The notes under the pieces are model-generated. The model worked only from the letters and a program-made list of their open reading frames with translations. It made no database searches and had not been told where the DNA came from. Of a stretch of 64,000 nt of DNA, positions 56,014-64,000 are shown piece by piece (the stretch's first letter is position 1; the number at the start of each line of letters is the position of its first letter). The stretch is taken from positions 48,423 through 112,422 of the IMG/VR virus record IMGVR_UViG_3300045976_000096; one strand, written 5' to 3'. Origin of the DNA: a virus. A program made the translations under genes and the position numbers.

Positions 56014-56387
56014 TGGCAAATCCGGTATTCCCCACACTGACCCTGGCCCGTGGCGGCCAGGACTCCCAGACCTACAGCGTGCAGCTGGAGGACGTGGCCA
56101 TCAAATCCGAAATGGAGGGCGGCTACGTCGTCTCGCGCGCCAGGCACACGCGCGCGCCCAGAAGGACGTTCAACGTCAACTACAAGGCGATCACCGACGC
56201 CGACAGGAAGACGCTGGAGACCTTCTACGGCACCACCGTGCGCGGCGGCTCGGTGATCTTCGACTGGACCGATCCGATCGATCTGCAGACCTGGCAGGTG
56301 CGCTTCCAGGGTGAATTGACCTTCGACTATGCCGGGGTTGGCGTCAGCAAGTTGTGGGATGTCACCTTCAAGGTCCAGCAGGCCTGA
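56013..56387 (+). CDS. distal tail protein (lambda gpM-like)
   Basis: Position; FDWTDP...VRF. Confidence 0.75.
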   Translation: MANPVFPTLTLARGGQDSQTYSVQLEDVAIKSEMEGGYVVSRARHTRAPRRTFNVNYKAITDADRKTLETFYGTTVRGGSVIFDWTDPIDLQTWQVRFQGELTFDYAGVGVSKLWDVTFKVQQA

Positions 56388-56392
56388 TTGAT

Positions 56393-56417
56393 AAGTAATC
56401 GGTGACTGATGTATAAT
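56393..56417 (+). promoter_or_regulatory. operator plus -10 box
   Basis: aagtaa-tcgg-tgactg then TATAAT. Confidence 0.65.
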
Positions 56418-56424
56418 CGGCGCC

Positions 56425-57057
56425 ATGACTACTTCCCTCTCCGTTGCCAGCATCATCGAGAAGAACCGGCTGTCGTCCGATGTTCCATGGCTGATCATGC
56501 TCGATGTCGACGTGGTCGACCCCGCCACGCTGGCGGTGGTCGAGACCATGCATCTTGTCCGCAACGTCGACCCGGTCACGTACAACGGCGTCACCTATCA
56601 GCCGGCCTCGTTCGACGTCGAACTCAAGACCAGCGCCGGCGAGCAGTCGACCATCAACCTGTCGATCAGGGATTACACGCTGGCGGTCCAGAAGAAGATG
56701 CAGGACTACGGTGGCGGCGTCGGCTTCAACGTCACCATCATGGTCGTCAACGCCGGCAACCTGACCCAAAGCCCCGAGGTGATCGAATACTTCCAGGTGG
56801 TCGGCGCTGAAACGGCCAACTACGTCTGCTCGTTCACGCTGGGCGCCGAGAACTACATCACCAAGGCGTTCCCGCGCCGGCGCCAGACCAAGGATTTCTG
56901 CCAGTTCCGCTACAAGGGGTCGGAGTGCGGCTACACCGGCCCGCTGCCGTCCTGTGACCTGTCCCTGAAGGGGCCGAACGGCTGCGCCGCGCACAACAAC
57001 ATCATCCACTTCGGCGCCTATCCAGGCATCAACACGCGCGACGTCCGCTATGGCTGA
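56425..57057 (+). CDS. minor tail protein (lambda gpL-like)
   Basis: C-terminal CQFRYKGSECGY...C...C..H...FG Cys cluster. Confidence 0.85.
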   Translation: MTTSLSVASIIEKNRLSSDVPWLIMLDVDVVDPATLAVVETMHLVRNVDPVTYNGVTYQPASFDVELKTSAGEQSTINLSIRDYTLAVQKKMQDYGGGVGFNVTIMVVNAGNLTQSPEVIEYFQVVGAETANYVCSFTLGAENYITKAFPRRRQTKDFCQFRYKGSECGYTGPLPSCDLSLKGPNGCAAHNNIIHFGAYPGINTRDVRYG

Positions 57058-57430
57058 TTTTTCCGATCTGGTCGGCGTGCCGTTCGCATACGGCGGCCGC
57101 GGCCCCGACGCGCTCGACTGCTATGGGCTGGTGATGGAGTGCGCGCGCCGCGAGGGCGTCGAACTGCCCGACTTCGGGCACTCGAAGGACCAGGCTGAAA
57201 TCATGGCGATGATGGTCGCCAGCCTGCCCCAGTGGCGCCAGATTGAACAACGCCACGGCGCGGTCGCCTTCATGCGCGTGGGTCGCACCACCCACGTCGG
57301 CTATGTGTTCGGCCCCAACCACATGATTCACGCCTGGGAAGACTCGGGTGGCGTCACGATCGTTCGCCTCGCGGACTGGCAGCACCGGATTTTAGGATTC
57401 TATGAGTATGTCGGAAAAGAAGCACCGTAA
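57050..57430 (+). CDS. NlpC/P60 tail assembly protein (gpK-like)
   Basis: GGRGPDALDCYGLV...HVG...IHA. Confidence 0.88.
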   Translation: MADFSDLVGVPFAYGGRGPDALDCYGLVMECARREGVELPDFGHSKDQAEIMAMMVASLPQWRQIEQRHGAVAFMRVGRTTHVGYVFGPNHMIHAWEDSGGVTIVRLADWQHRILGFYEYVGKEAP

Positions 57431-60400
57431 CGGCAGGCGCCGCCCGATGGACGGCACGGCGCGCCCGGTCGCGCGCCGTCACATGATCCCGGTGATTCGC
57501 ATCCTGAACCCGTTCGACGCGCGCCAGCAGGAGCGCACCGAGCTGGTTTGGCGCGCCAAGAGCACCCTTGCCGATTATTTCCCGCTGGTCGAGCGCGAGC
57601 AGGTGGTCGTGTCCGTGTCGGGCCGCATTGTGCAGGCCGAGCAGTTCGGTGTGACCTATCTGGACAAGACCGACAACATCGTGGTGTGCCCGGTTCCGGC
57701 CGGCGGCGGCGGCGGCAAGCAGATTCTTGCGGTCGTGGCTATGATTGCGGTCACGGTCATGGCGCCCTATGCGGCGGCTGCGATCAACAACGGCCTGGGT
57801 ATGGGCCTGGCTGCCGGCTCCACCGGCCTGGCGGCACTGACCGCAGGCGTATCGGTGGCCGGTTCGCTTCTGGTCAACGCCGTCTTTGCTCCGCCCAAGC
57901 CCACCAACAATGTCGGCGACACCAGCTCCTCATATGGCGTGGACGGCGCCAAGAACACTTCGGTCGAAGGCATCCCGGTGCCGGTTTGCTATGGCGAATT
58001 CCGCACCGCCGGCAATATCCTGGGCTTGTACACGACCACTGATGGCGACGACAACCAGACGCTGTACATGCTGATTTCGGCCGGCGAAGGCCCGGTCGCC
58101 TCGATCACCGACATCGAAATCAACGACAATCCGCTGACCGACTACCACGACGTTGAGGTCCAGACCCGCCTGGGCCTGGCCAACCAGACCATCATTCCGT
58201 GGTTCGACGACTCGATTCGCGCCATCAACAAGGGTCAGAAACTCACGACGGACTGGTTTTACAGCACCACCACGGCGGCGGTCGACAAGCTGCGTCTGGA
58301 CTTCACGGCGCCCTCCGGCCTGTGCGAAATCGACACCAAGAGTGGCGACACCAGGAACATCAGCGTCGACCTGGAGGTGGAATACCGCAAGGTCGGTGAT
58401 ACCAACTGGGCGACCCTGCCGCTGCAAACCGATATCGCCTCTTGGGAATACGCGACCTATGACGGTCACACCTGGAGCGGCCCGAGCGGCGACCCGGTCG
58501 ACGACCTGTTCACGCTCACCTATATTCAGGGTTCGGGCGCGGTGATCAGTACCGTCGATGGCGTCAAGGCGGCGCGCTACCCGGTCTACACCAATGGCGT
58601 GACCATGTCCGGCGCCAAGCGCTCGACTGTGCGCCGTTCGTACACCACCAACCAGCTCGACGCGGGCAACTACGAGGTGCGCGTGCGCCGCGTCACCGCC
58701 AAGTCGACCAAGGACAACGTCATCGACGACGTGTACCTGGCAGACATCAACGAAATCACGCTGGAGAACATTTCCTATCCGTACACGGCCCTGCTGGCGC
58801 TCAAGATCAAGATGACCGACCAGCTGTCCGGCCTGCCGACGGTGACGTTCATGAATGGCGGCAAGCTTGTCAGCACCTATGACGGCACCGGCTGGAGCCA
58901 GGATGCCTCGCAGAACCCGGCCTGGGTGACGTGGGACATTCTGACCAACACGCGCTATGGCGCCGCCATGCCGGCCGCGCGTCTGGATCTGGTGGCGTTC
59001 AAGGAATTCGCCGACTACTGCGACGCCAACAGCCTGACCTGGAATGGCCCGATCGAGACTGAAACCAACGTCTGGGACGCCTCCCAGATGGTGCTGCGCG
59101 TTGGCCACAGCCAGATCGTGCCGTTCGGCACGCGCTACACCGTTGTCACCGAAAAGCCGTCGATCCCGGTCATGATGTTCTCTGTGGCGAACATGATCGA
59201 GGGTTCCTACAAGGAGACCTGGCTCAATCGCGCCGACCGCGCCAACGAAATCGACGTCACATTCTTCGACAAGACGGACAAGTACCGGCAGCGCACCATC
59301 AAGGTCTACGATCCGGCCGCGCTGGCCGCCGGCGCGCCCCAGCGTTCCTCCGCCATCACCCTGTATGGCGTGGTCGACTATGACCGCGCCTACCGCGAGG
59401 CCCAGCTCCAGCTGAACCTGAACAATTACATCCTCAAGACCATCAGCTTCGGCGCCCCGCTCGAAGCGATCGCCTGTCGCGTGGGCGATCTGATCTATGT
59501 GCAGACCGACCTGACCGACTGGGCGCAGGCCGGGCGCTTCGAGGCCGGGTCCACCGCGTCGGTGATGAAGCTCGACCGTGCTGTGACGATGACGGCGGGC
59601 AAGAACTACAAGCTGCTGACGCTGCGTGACGCCATTCAGCGCGGCGCCTATACCATCGCCAACGTGATCGGCAACAGCGTGTTCCTGTCCGGCTTCGTGC
59701 CGGGCGCCAGCGTCAAACGCCTGCAGGTCGCCGGCATCGACGTCGGCATCGATAGCACCTTCAGCGGCGGCGTGATCGTGCAGAACAGCGCCGGCCTGGT
59801 CGCCGGCCAGGTCTGCTCGCTGTGGGACACCGACGTGATCGAGGAATACAGCGTCGTCAACGTGCCTGGCAGCGCCACCAGCGTGACCCTGCAGTCGCCC
59901 GCCAGCAGCGCCCCGAGCCAGTTTGGCCAGTGGATGTTCGGCGAAGCCGAGAAGGTCAAGAAACCATTTCGCGTCAAGATGATCACCGGCGACACTGAGT
60001 ACCGCCGCGACATCACCGCCATCGAATACCGCGAGGAGGTCTACGACAACAGCCGCTATGGCAGCAACACGCCGGTGACGCTGGACCCGAGCACGCCGAT
60101 CGGTCCTGTCTCCAGCCTGGCCGTCTACGAGGAAACCTATGTCGCCGGCAGCGAAGTGGTGTCCAGCGTGGTCGCCAGCTGGGCCGCCAGCGCGGTCGGC
60201 CTGTACGCCGGCGCCGACGTCTACGTGCAACGGAACGACGGCCCGGTCGAGAAGCTGACCACCGCCAAGAACCGCACCAGCGCCGTGATCGCGGCCTCGC
60301 GCGGCGATGTGCTGTCGGTGCGCGTGGTCGCCTATGACGTGTTCGGCAAGCGCAGCGCCTACGAGAGCGCGCCGATTGCAAGTTACACCGTGATCGGCGA

Positions 60401-62132
60401 GGCGCCCGGACTGGATGTTGGCAAGGCTACCGGCGCCGAATTCGTCTGGGCCGGGCGCGACTGCAAGATCAACTGGCGCTACAACTCGGTCACGCACAGC
60501 TACGAATTCGGCTCTGAACCGACAGGCGCCGATGCCGGTGCGCTCGATCCGCACTTCAAGGATTACGAGATTCGCGTGTACGAAGCCGACGGCACCACGC
60601 TGCGCCGTACCGAGTACACGACGGACAACAGCTACGTCTACATCTACGACAAGAATTTCTCGGACGGGCTGGCGCGCCGCCTGGTGTTCGAGATTCGCCA
60701 GCGCGACATCTTCAACAACCTCGGCAGCCCGGCGGTCCTGGACGCGTACAACCCGGCGCCGGTTCTGGTCTCGACCTCGGTCACGTCGTCGTTCGAGTCG
60801 GCCGCGTTCTCGTACATCCACTCGGACGATGCGGACTTTGCCGGCGCCAAGCTGTGGATTTCGCAGAACGCCGCCGACTTGAATGGCACGCCGAGCGACA
60901 CCTATCTGGTCTACAGCGGCCCCGATACGTCGTTTGTGGTGCCCGGCCTGATGTTCGCCGCTACCTACTACTACAAGATCGCCGCACTCGACGCCTTCGG
61001 CCCGACCGATCTTGTCGTGAGCGCGATCCAGAGCTTCACCACCACCAACCTGAACGTGAACGCGATCGCCAATGGCGTTCTCGCGGACTCCAAGCTGCTG
61101 CCGGCGCTCAAGACCCGTATCGACCTGATCGACGCCGCGGACACCGTGCCCGGCAGCGTCAACGCGCGCGTCAAGACCGTCAGCGACATGGTCAACGACC
61201 CGACCACCGGCCTGCCGGCGACAACCGCCAAGATCACCGCGATCGAGGACGTGTCGGCCACGTCAGCCTCGACCAACGCCAAGGCGCTGTACCAGCTCAA
61301 GGCCCAGGTCAACGACGCCGTCACCGGCCTGCCAGCAGCCACTGCGGCGATCACGCAGCTCAACAATGTGTCGGCCACGTCGACGTCGGCCGCGGCCCAG
61401 TCGATCTACCAGATCACCAGCCGCCTGAACAATGTGGGTGGCGTCACGATGGAGCAGCAGTTCACGACCAACGCGAACGCCATCAGCGGCCTGTCCGGCC
61501 AGTATTCGCTCAAGATCGACAACAACGGCTACATCGCCGGCTTCGGCCTGTCGTCCAGTTCCAGCATCGCCGACGGCAACACGTCCGAGTTCGTGATCTA
61601 CGCCGACAAGTTCGGCCTGACCATGCCGAGCTACCCGAACGTGCAGCCATTCACGGTCGGCGCTGTGAACGGCGTGCCGCGCGTGATCCTGTCGAACGCC
61701 CTGATCGGCGACGCCTCGATCTCGTCCGCGATGATCGGCGACGCCCAGATCAACACCCTGAAGCTGGCCGGCGAGGCGGTCACGGTGCCAATCGTCGTCA
61801 CCGCGCCGGACCGCCAGCGCAAGGGCGCCGGCGAAGGCACCTGGATCGTGGTCAACGAGGGCTACATGGCGATGCCGCAGGACGGCCTGGCCTACATCCT
61901 GGTCACGAGCGCGCAGGGCTTCGCCAACAACAGCCGCTACTGGTCGATCCGCATCAAGGTCGGTGGCGTCGTCGTGCGCGCGATCATGGGTCGCGTCGCC
62001 AACGACGCCCCGGTGTGCTCGGCGTCGGTCAAGCTGCCGACCGGCACCAGCAAGGTCGAAGTCGAATGGTCGGCCCACCCCGACGTCATCCTCGGCTACA
62101 ACGAAATCTTCATGATGGGCGTTAAGAAATGA
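57402..62132 (+). CDS. tail tip/host-specificity protein (gpI+gpJ-like fusion)
   Basis: GGGGKQIL + hydrophobic segment, PVPVCYGE, SQNPAW, FN3 and DUF1983-like regions; true start may be slightly downstream. Confidence 0.9.
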   Translation: MSMSEKKHRNGRRRPMDGTARPVARRHMIPVIRILNPFDARQQERTELVWRAKSTLADYFPLVEREQVVVSVSGRIVQAEQFGVTYLDKTDNIVVCPVPAGGGGGKQILAVVAMIAVTVMAPYAAAAINNGLGMGLAAGSTGLAALTAGVSVAGSLLVNAVFAPPKPTNNVGDTSSSYGVDGAKNTSVEGIPVPVCYGEFRTAGNILGLYTTTDGDDNQTLYMLISAGEGPVASITDIEINDNPLTDYHDVEVQTRLGLANQTIIPWFDDSIRAINKGQKLTTDWFYSTTTAAVDKLRLDFTAPSGLCEIDTKSGDTRNISVDLEVEYRKVGDTNWATLPLQTDIASWEYATYDGHTWSGPSGDPVDDLFTLTYIQGSGAVISTVDGVKAARYPVYTNGVTMSGAKRSTVRRSYTTNQLDAGNYEVRVRRVTAKSTKDNVIDDVYLADINEITLENISYPYTALLALKIKMTDQLSGLPTVTFMNGGKLVSTYDGTGWSQDASQNPAWVTWDILTNTRYGAAMPAARLDLVAFKEFADYCDANSLTWNGPIETETNVWDASQMVLRVGHSQIVPFGTRYTVVTEKPSIPVMMFSVANMIEGSYKETWLNRADRANEIDVTFFDKTDKYRQRTIKVYDPAALAAGAPQRSSAITLYGVVDYDRAYREAQLQLNLNNYILKTISFGAPLEAIACRVGDLIYVQTDLTDWAQAGRFEAGSTASVMKLDRAVTMTAGKNYKLLTLRDAIQRGAYTIANVIGNSVFLSGFVPGASVKRLQVAGIDVGIDSTFSGGVIVQNSAGLVAGQVCSLWDTDVIEEYSVVNVPGSATSVTLQSPASSAPSQFGQWMFGEAEKVKKPFRVKMITGDTEYRRDITAIEYREEVYDNSRYGSNTPVTLDPSTPIGPVSSLAVYEETYVAGSEVVSSVVASWAASAVGLYAGADVYVQRNDGPVEKLTTAKNRTSAVIAASRGDVLSVRVVAYDVFGKRSAYESAPIASYTVIGEAPGLDVGKATGAEFVWAGRDCKINWRYNSVTHSYEFGSEPTGADAGALDPHFKDYEIRVYEADGTTLRRTEYTTDNSYVYIYDKNFSDGLARRLVFEIRQRDIFNNLGSPAVLDAYNPAPVLVSTSVTSSFESAAFSYIHSDDADFAGAKLWISQNAADLNGTPSDTYLVYSGPDTSFVVPGLMFAATYYYKIAALDAFGPTDLVVSAIQSFTTTNLNVNAIANGVLADSKLLPALKTRIDLIDAADTVPGSVNARVKTVSDMVNDPTTGLPATTAKITAIEDVSATSASTNAKALYQLKAQVNDAVTGLPAATAAITQLNNVSATSTSAAAQSIYQITSRLNNVGGVTMEQQFTTNANAISGLSGQYSLKIDNNGYIAGFGLSSSSSIADGNTSEFVIYADKFGLTMPSYPNVQPFTVGAVNGVPRVILSNALIGDASISSAMIGDAQINTLKLAGEAVTVPIVVTAPDRQRKGAGEGTWIVVNEGYMAMPQDGLAYILVTSAQGFANNSRYWSIRIKVGGVVVRAIMGRVANDAPVCSASVKLPTGTSKVEVEWSAHPDVILGYNEIFMMGVKK

Positions 62133-62593
62133 CAATCCAATACACGGTGTACGACACCGCCACCGGCGCCATTCTGCGCACCGGCACCGCGATGACGGAG
62201 GCGTCCGCGCGGCTGCAGGGCAGCTCGCCTGGCACCAACGTGATCATCACCGGCTCGGACCCGGTCACGCAAGTGGTGGACGTCACCGCGATCCCGATCG
62301 GTGGCGACCTGCCCACCAAGGCGCGACCGCCGATCACGGTCAGCGGCACCCAGATCGCCGCCAACAAGACTTCGATCGTGGCCAATGGCGCCGACGCGCT
62401 CACGATCAGCCCGATCCCGAATGGCGCAACCTACCAGATCGACGTCCCGACCGGCGTCGGCATCGACCCGATCGCCAATGGCACCATCGGCGACGGCTCG
62501 CTGACGCTGACGACGACGGTAGCCGGCAGCTATACCGCGACCATCAAATATGGCACCAACCTCGACTTTGTGGTGAACTTCAATGCTGCTTAA
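62129..62593 (+). CDS. tail-associated hypothetical protein
   Basis: YDTATGAILRTG; coupled. Confidence 0.7.
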   Translation: MTIQYTVYDTATGAILRTGTAMTEASARLQGSSPGTNVIITGSDPVTQVVDVTAIPIGGDLPTKARPPITVSGTQIAANKTSIVANGADALTISPIPNGATYQIDVPTGVGIDPIANGTIGDGSLTLTTTVAGSYTATIKYGTNLDFVVNFNAA

Positions 62594-64000
62594 TATCCGC
62601 CCCGTTCCGGCGCCGACCCTGAATAACCTGACGGCCACGCCGAGCTTGCGCGCCGTCGTCCTGCTGTGGGATATGCCCACCGACACGACCTATGCCGGCG
62701 CCGAAATCTGGTCCAACTCGACCAACAACGTCGCCACCGCGACCAAGATCGGCACCGTCACGACCAACACCTTCACGGACTCGTCGACCAGCGTCAGCCC
62801 GGTCGCGAACCGCTACTACTGGGTGCGCGCGATCAACGTCTACGGCCGCACCGATGGCGCCTGGTCGAACTCGGCCGTGGCCAAATCTCTGCTGGCGACC
62901 AACCTGGACATTGCCGCCGGCGCCGTGCAGGCGTCGAACCTGTCGGTGGCGGCAATCGATCCGGTGACGGGCCAGCTGGCATCGGGGGCCGTTTCCACGA
63001 CCAAGTTCGCCAGCGGCATCGAGCCAGTGTCGATCGTGTCGGCCTTGCCGGCGACCTCCGGCTATACGGGGCCGAAGGTGGTCATGCTCACGACCGACGG
63101 CAAGCTGTACCGTTACAGCGGCGGCGCGTGGGTGAATGCCACGGCCGCGGCCGACATTTCCGGCACGCTCACCAGCAGCCAGATCGCCTCGGTCGACAGC
63201 TCCAAGCTGGTTGGTGCCCTGACCAGCGCGCAGATCGCATCCATCGATGCGGCCAAGTTGGTCGGCAAGATCACCAGCGCCCAGATCAACACGTTGTCGG
63301 CGACGCAGCTGATTGGCGCACTGACCAGCGCCCAGATCAGTTCCCTGTCGGCGGGCCAGATTACGGGTCAGCTCACCAGCGCCCAGATCGCCTCCCTGCA
63401 GGCAAGCCAGATCACCGGCCAGATCACCAGCAACCAGATCGCCTCGCTGTCTGCCAGCCAGATTGCCGGCACACTGACGAGCGCCCAGATTGCATCGGTC
63501 GACGCCACCAAGTTGATCGGTCAGGTGACGTCAGCTCAGGTGGCGTCGCTCGCCGCCACGCAGATCACCGGCCAGCTGACGGCATCGCAGATCGCGTCGC
63601 TGCAAGCGAGCCAGATCACGGGCACGCTGACCAGCAACCAGATTTCCTCGCTCAATGCGAGCCAGATCGCGGGCGCCCTCACCAGCGCGCAGATCGCGTC
63701 GATGGACGTGACCAAGCTGGTCGGCCAGGTCACGAGCACGCAGATCACCGACAGCGCGATCACGACAGCCAAGCTCGGCGCCGGCGCGGTCACGGCTGCC
63801 AAGATCCTCGCCGGGACGATCACCGGCAACGAAATCGCGGGCACGACGATCACCGCCGCCAATATTCTGGGTCGAACCATCACCGCTGCACAGATCGCCG
63901 CAGGCACGGTAACCGCCAATGAGATTGCAGCGCGTACTATTGCCGCAAACAATATCATTGCTGGAGCTATCACGGGCAATGAGATTGCGGCCAATACCAT
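62583..64000 (+). CDS. tail fibre/adhesin-like protein (partial; FN3 domain + 17-aa repeats)
   Basis: MLLNIRPVPAP...RYYWVRAIN; repeats like GQLTSAQIASLQASQIT; open to window end. Confidence 0.8.
   Translation, partial: MLLNIRPVPAPTLNNLTATPSLRAVVLLWDMPTDTTYAGAEIWSNSTNNVATATKIGTVTTNTFTDSSTSVSPVANRYYWVRAINVYGRTDGAWSNSAVAKSLLATNLDIAAGAVQASNLSVAAIDPVTGQLASGAVSTTKFASGIEPVSIVSALPATSGYTGPKVVMLTTDGKLYRYSGGAWVNATAAADISGTLTSSQIASVDSSKLVGALTSAQIASIDAAKLVGKITSAQINTLSATQLIGALTSAQISSLSAGQITGQLTSAQIASLQASQITGQITSNQIASLSASQIAGTLTSAQIASVDATKLIGQVTSAQVASLAATQITGQLTASQIASLQASQITGTLTSNQISSLNASQIAGALTSAQIASMDVTKLVGQVTSTQITDSAITTAKLGAGAVTAAKILAGTITGNEIAGTTITAANILGRTITAAQIAAGTVTANEIAARTIAANNIIAGAITGNEIAANT

Larger units (their letters stand above)
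1..64000. mobile_element. Tailed phage (siphovirus-like, possibly phage-plasmid) genome segment
   Basis: Complete terminase-portal-capsid-tail module, dense small phage ORFs, no housekeeping genes; no integrase seen in window. Confidence 0.96.

Noticed and set aside
41188-60821. Long minus-strand ORFs (e.g. 42690-45008, 50821-53289, 53689-56037, 57930-60821)
   Set aside because: Antisense shadows of high-GC3 structural genes; no motifs or RBS.
1-64000. tRNA, rRNA, integrase, lysis genes, reverse transcriptase/DGR
   Set aside because: None recognised by eye in this window; a tRNAscan/Infernal run would be needed to exclude small RNAs.

Overview
The whole window is part of a GC-rich tailed phage (siphovirus-type) genome, with no host chromosomal genes seen. 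The gene order (SF2 helicase divergent from ParB, ParB, ABC-ATPase, GNAT-like, wHTH, terminase, portal, scaffold, capsid, lambda-like tail) recalls SSU5/pHCM2-type phage-plasmids. The host is probably a Burkholderiales/Oxalobacteraceae bacterium; both assignments are recollection and inference, not search results. Layout: 1-27.4 kb is + strand early/accessory genes (MazG-like, nucleotide kinase, DGQHR/ParB-like, AAA ATPase, DEDDh exonuclease, 2 GIY-YIG endonucleases, HicA-like, kinase-like, many small ORFs). 27.7-29.9 kb is a compositionally distinct island. 30-34.5 kb is a minus-strand operon of small proteins plus a helicase. 34.5-40.3 kb is a ParB/Acb2/ABC-ATPase/GIY-YIG/thioredoxin/GNAT/wHTH cluster, followed by an origin-like repeat region at 40.3-40.7 kb. 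40.8-64 kb holds packaging, head and tail genes. The strongest hidden signal is a sharply bounded 2.2-kb segment (27675-29907) almost free of the 4-mer class HGGM/KCCD (one exception found by eye). It starts at a 15-bp tandem array, contains a strong promoter and a parS site, and is flanked by DNA crowded with the same motif. My hypothesis is that it is a modification-free (or cleavage-free) first-expressed genome end paired with the ParB/ABC/GNAT putative DNA-modification system. Other notable signals: two perfect chromosomal-type parS sites, about 18 copies of an AGTCA-N4-TGACT operator, an operon of small proteins sharing a C-terminal D-x-P-[KQ]-T...W tail, a covarying GAUGU-loop leader hairpin, and homing-endonuclease insertions that duplicated gene ends. 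All motif counts are by eye.
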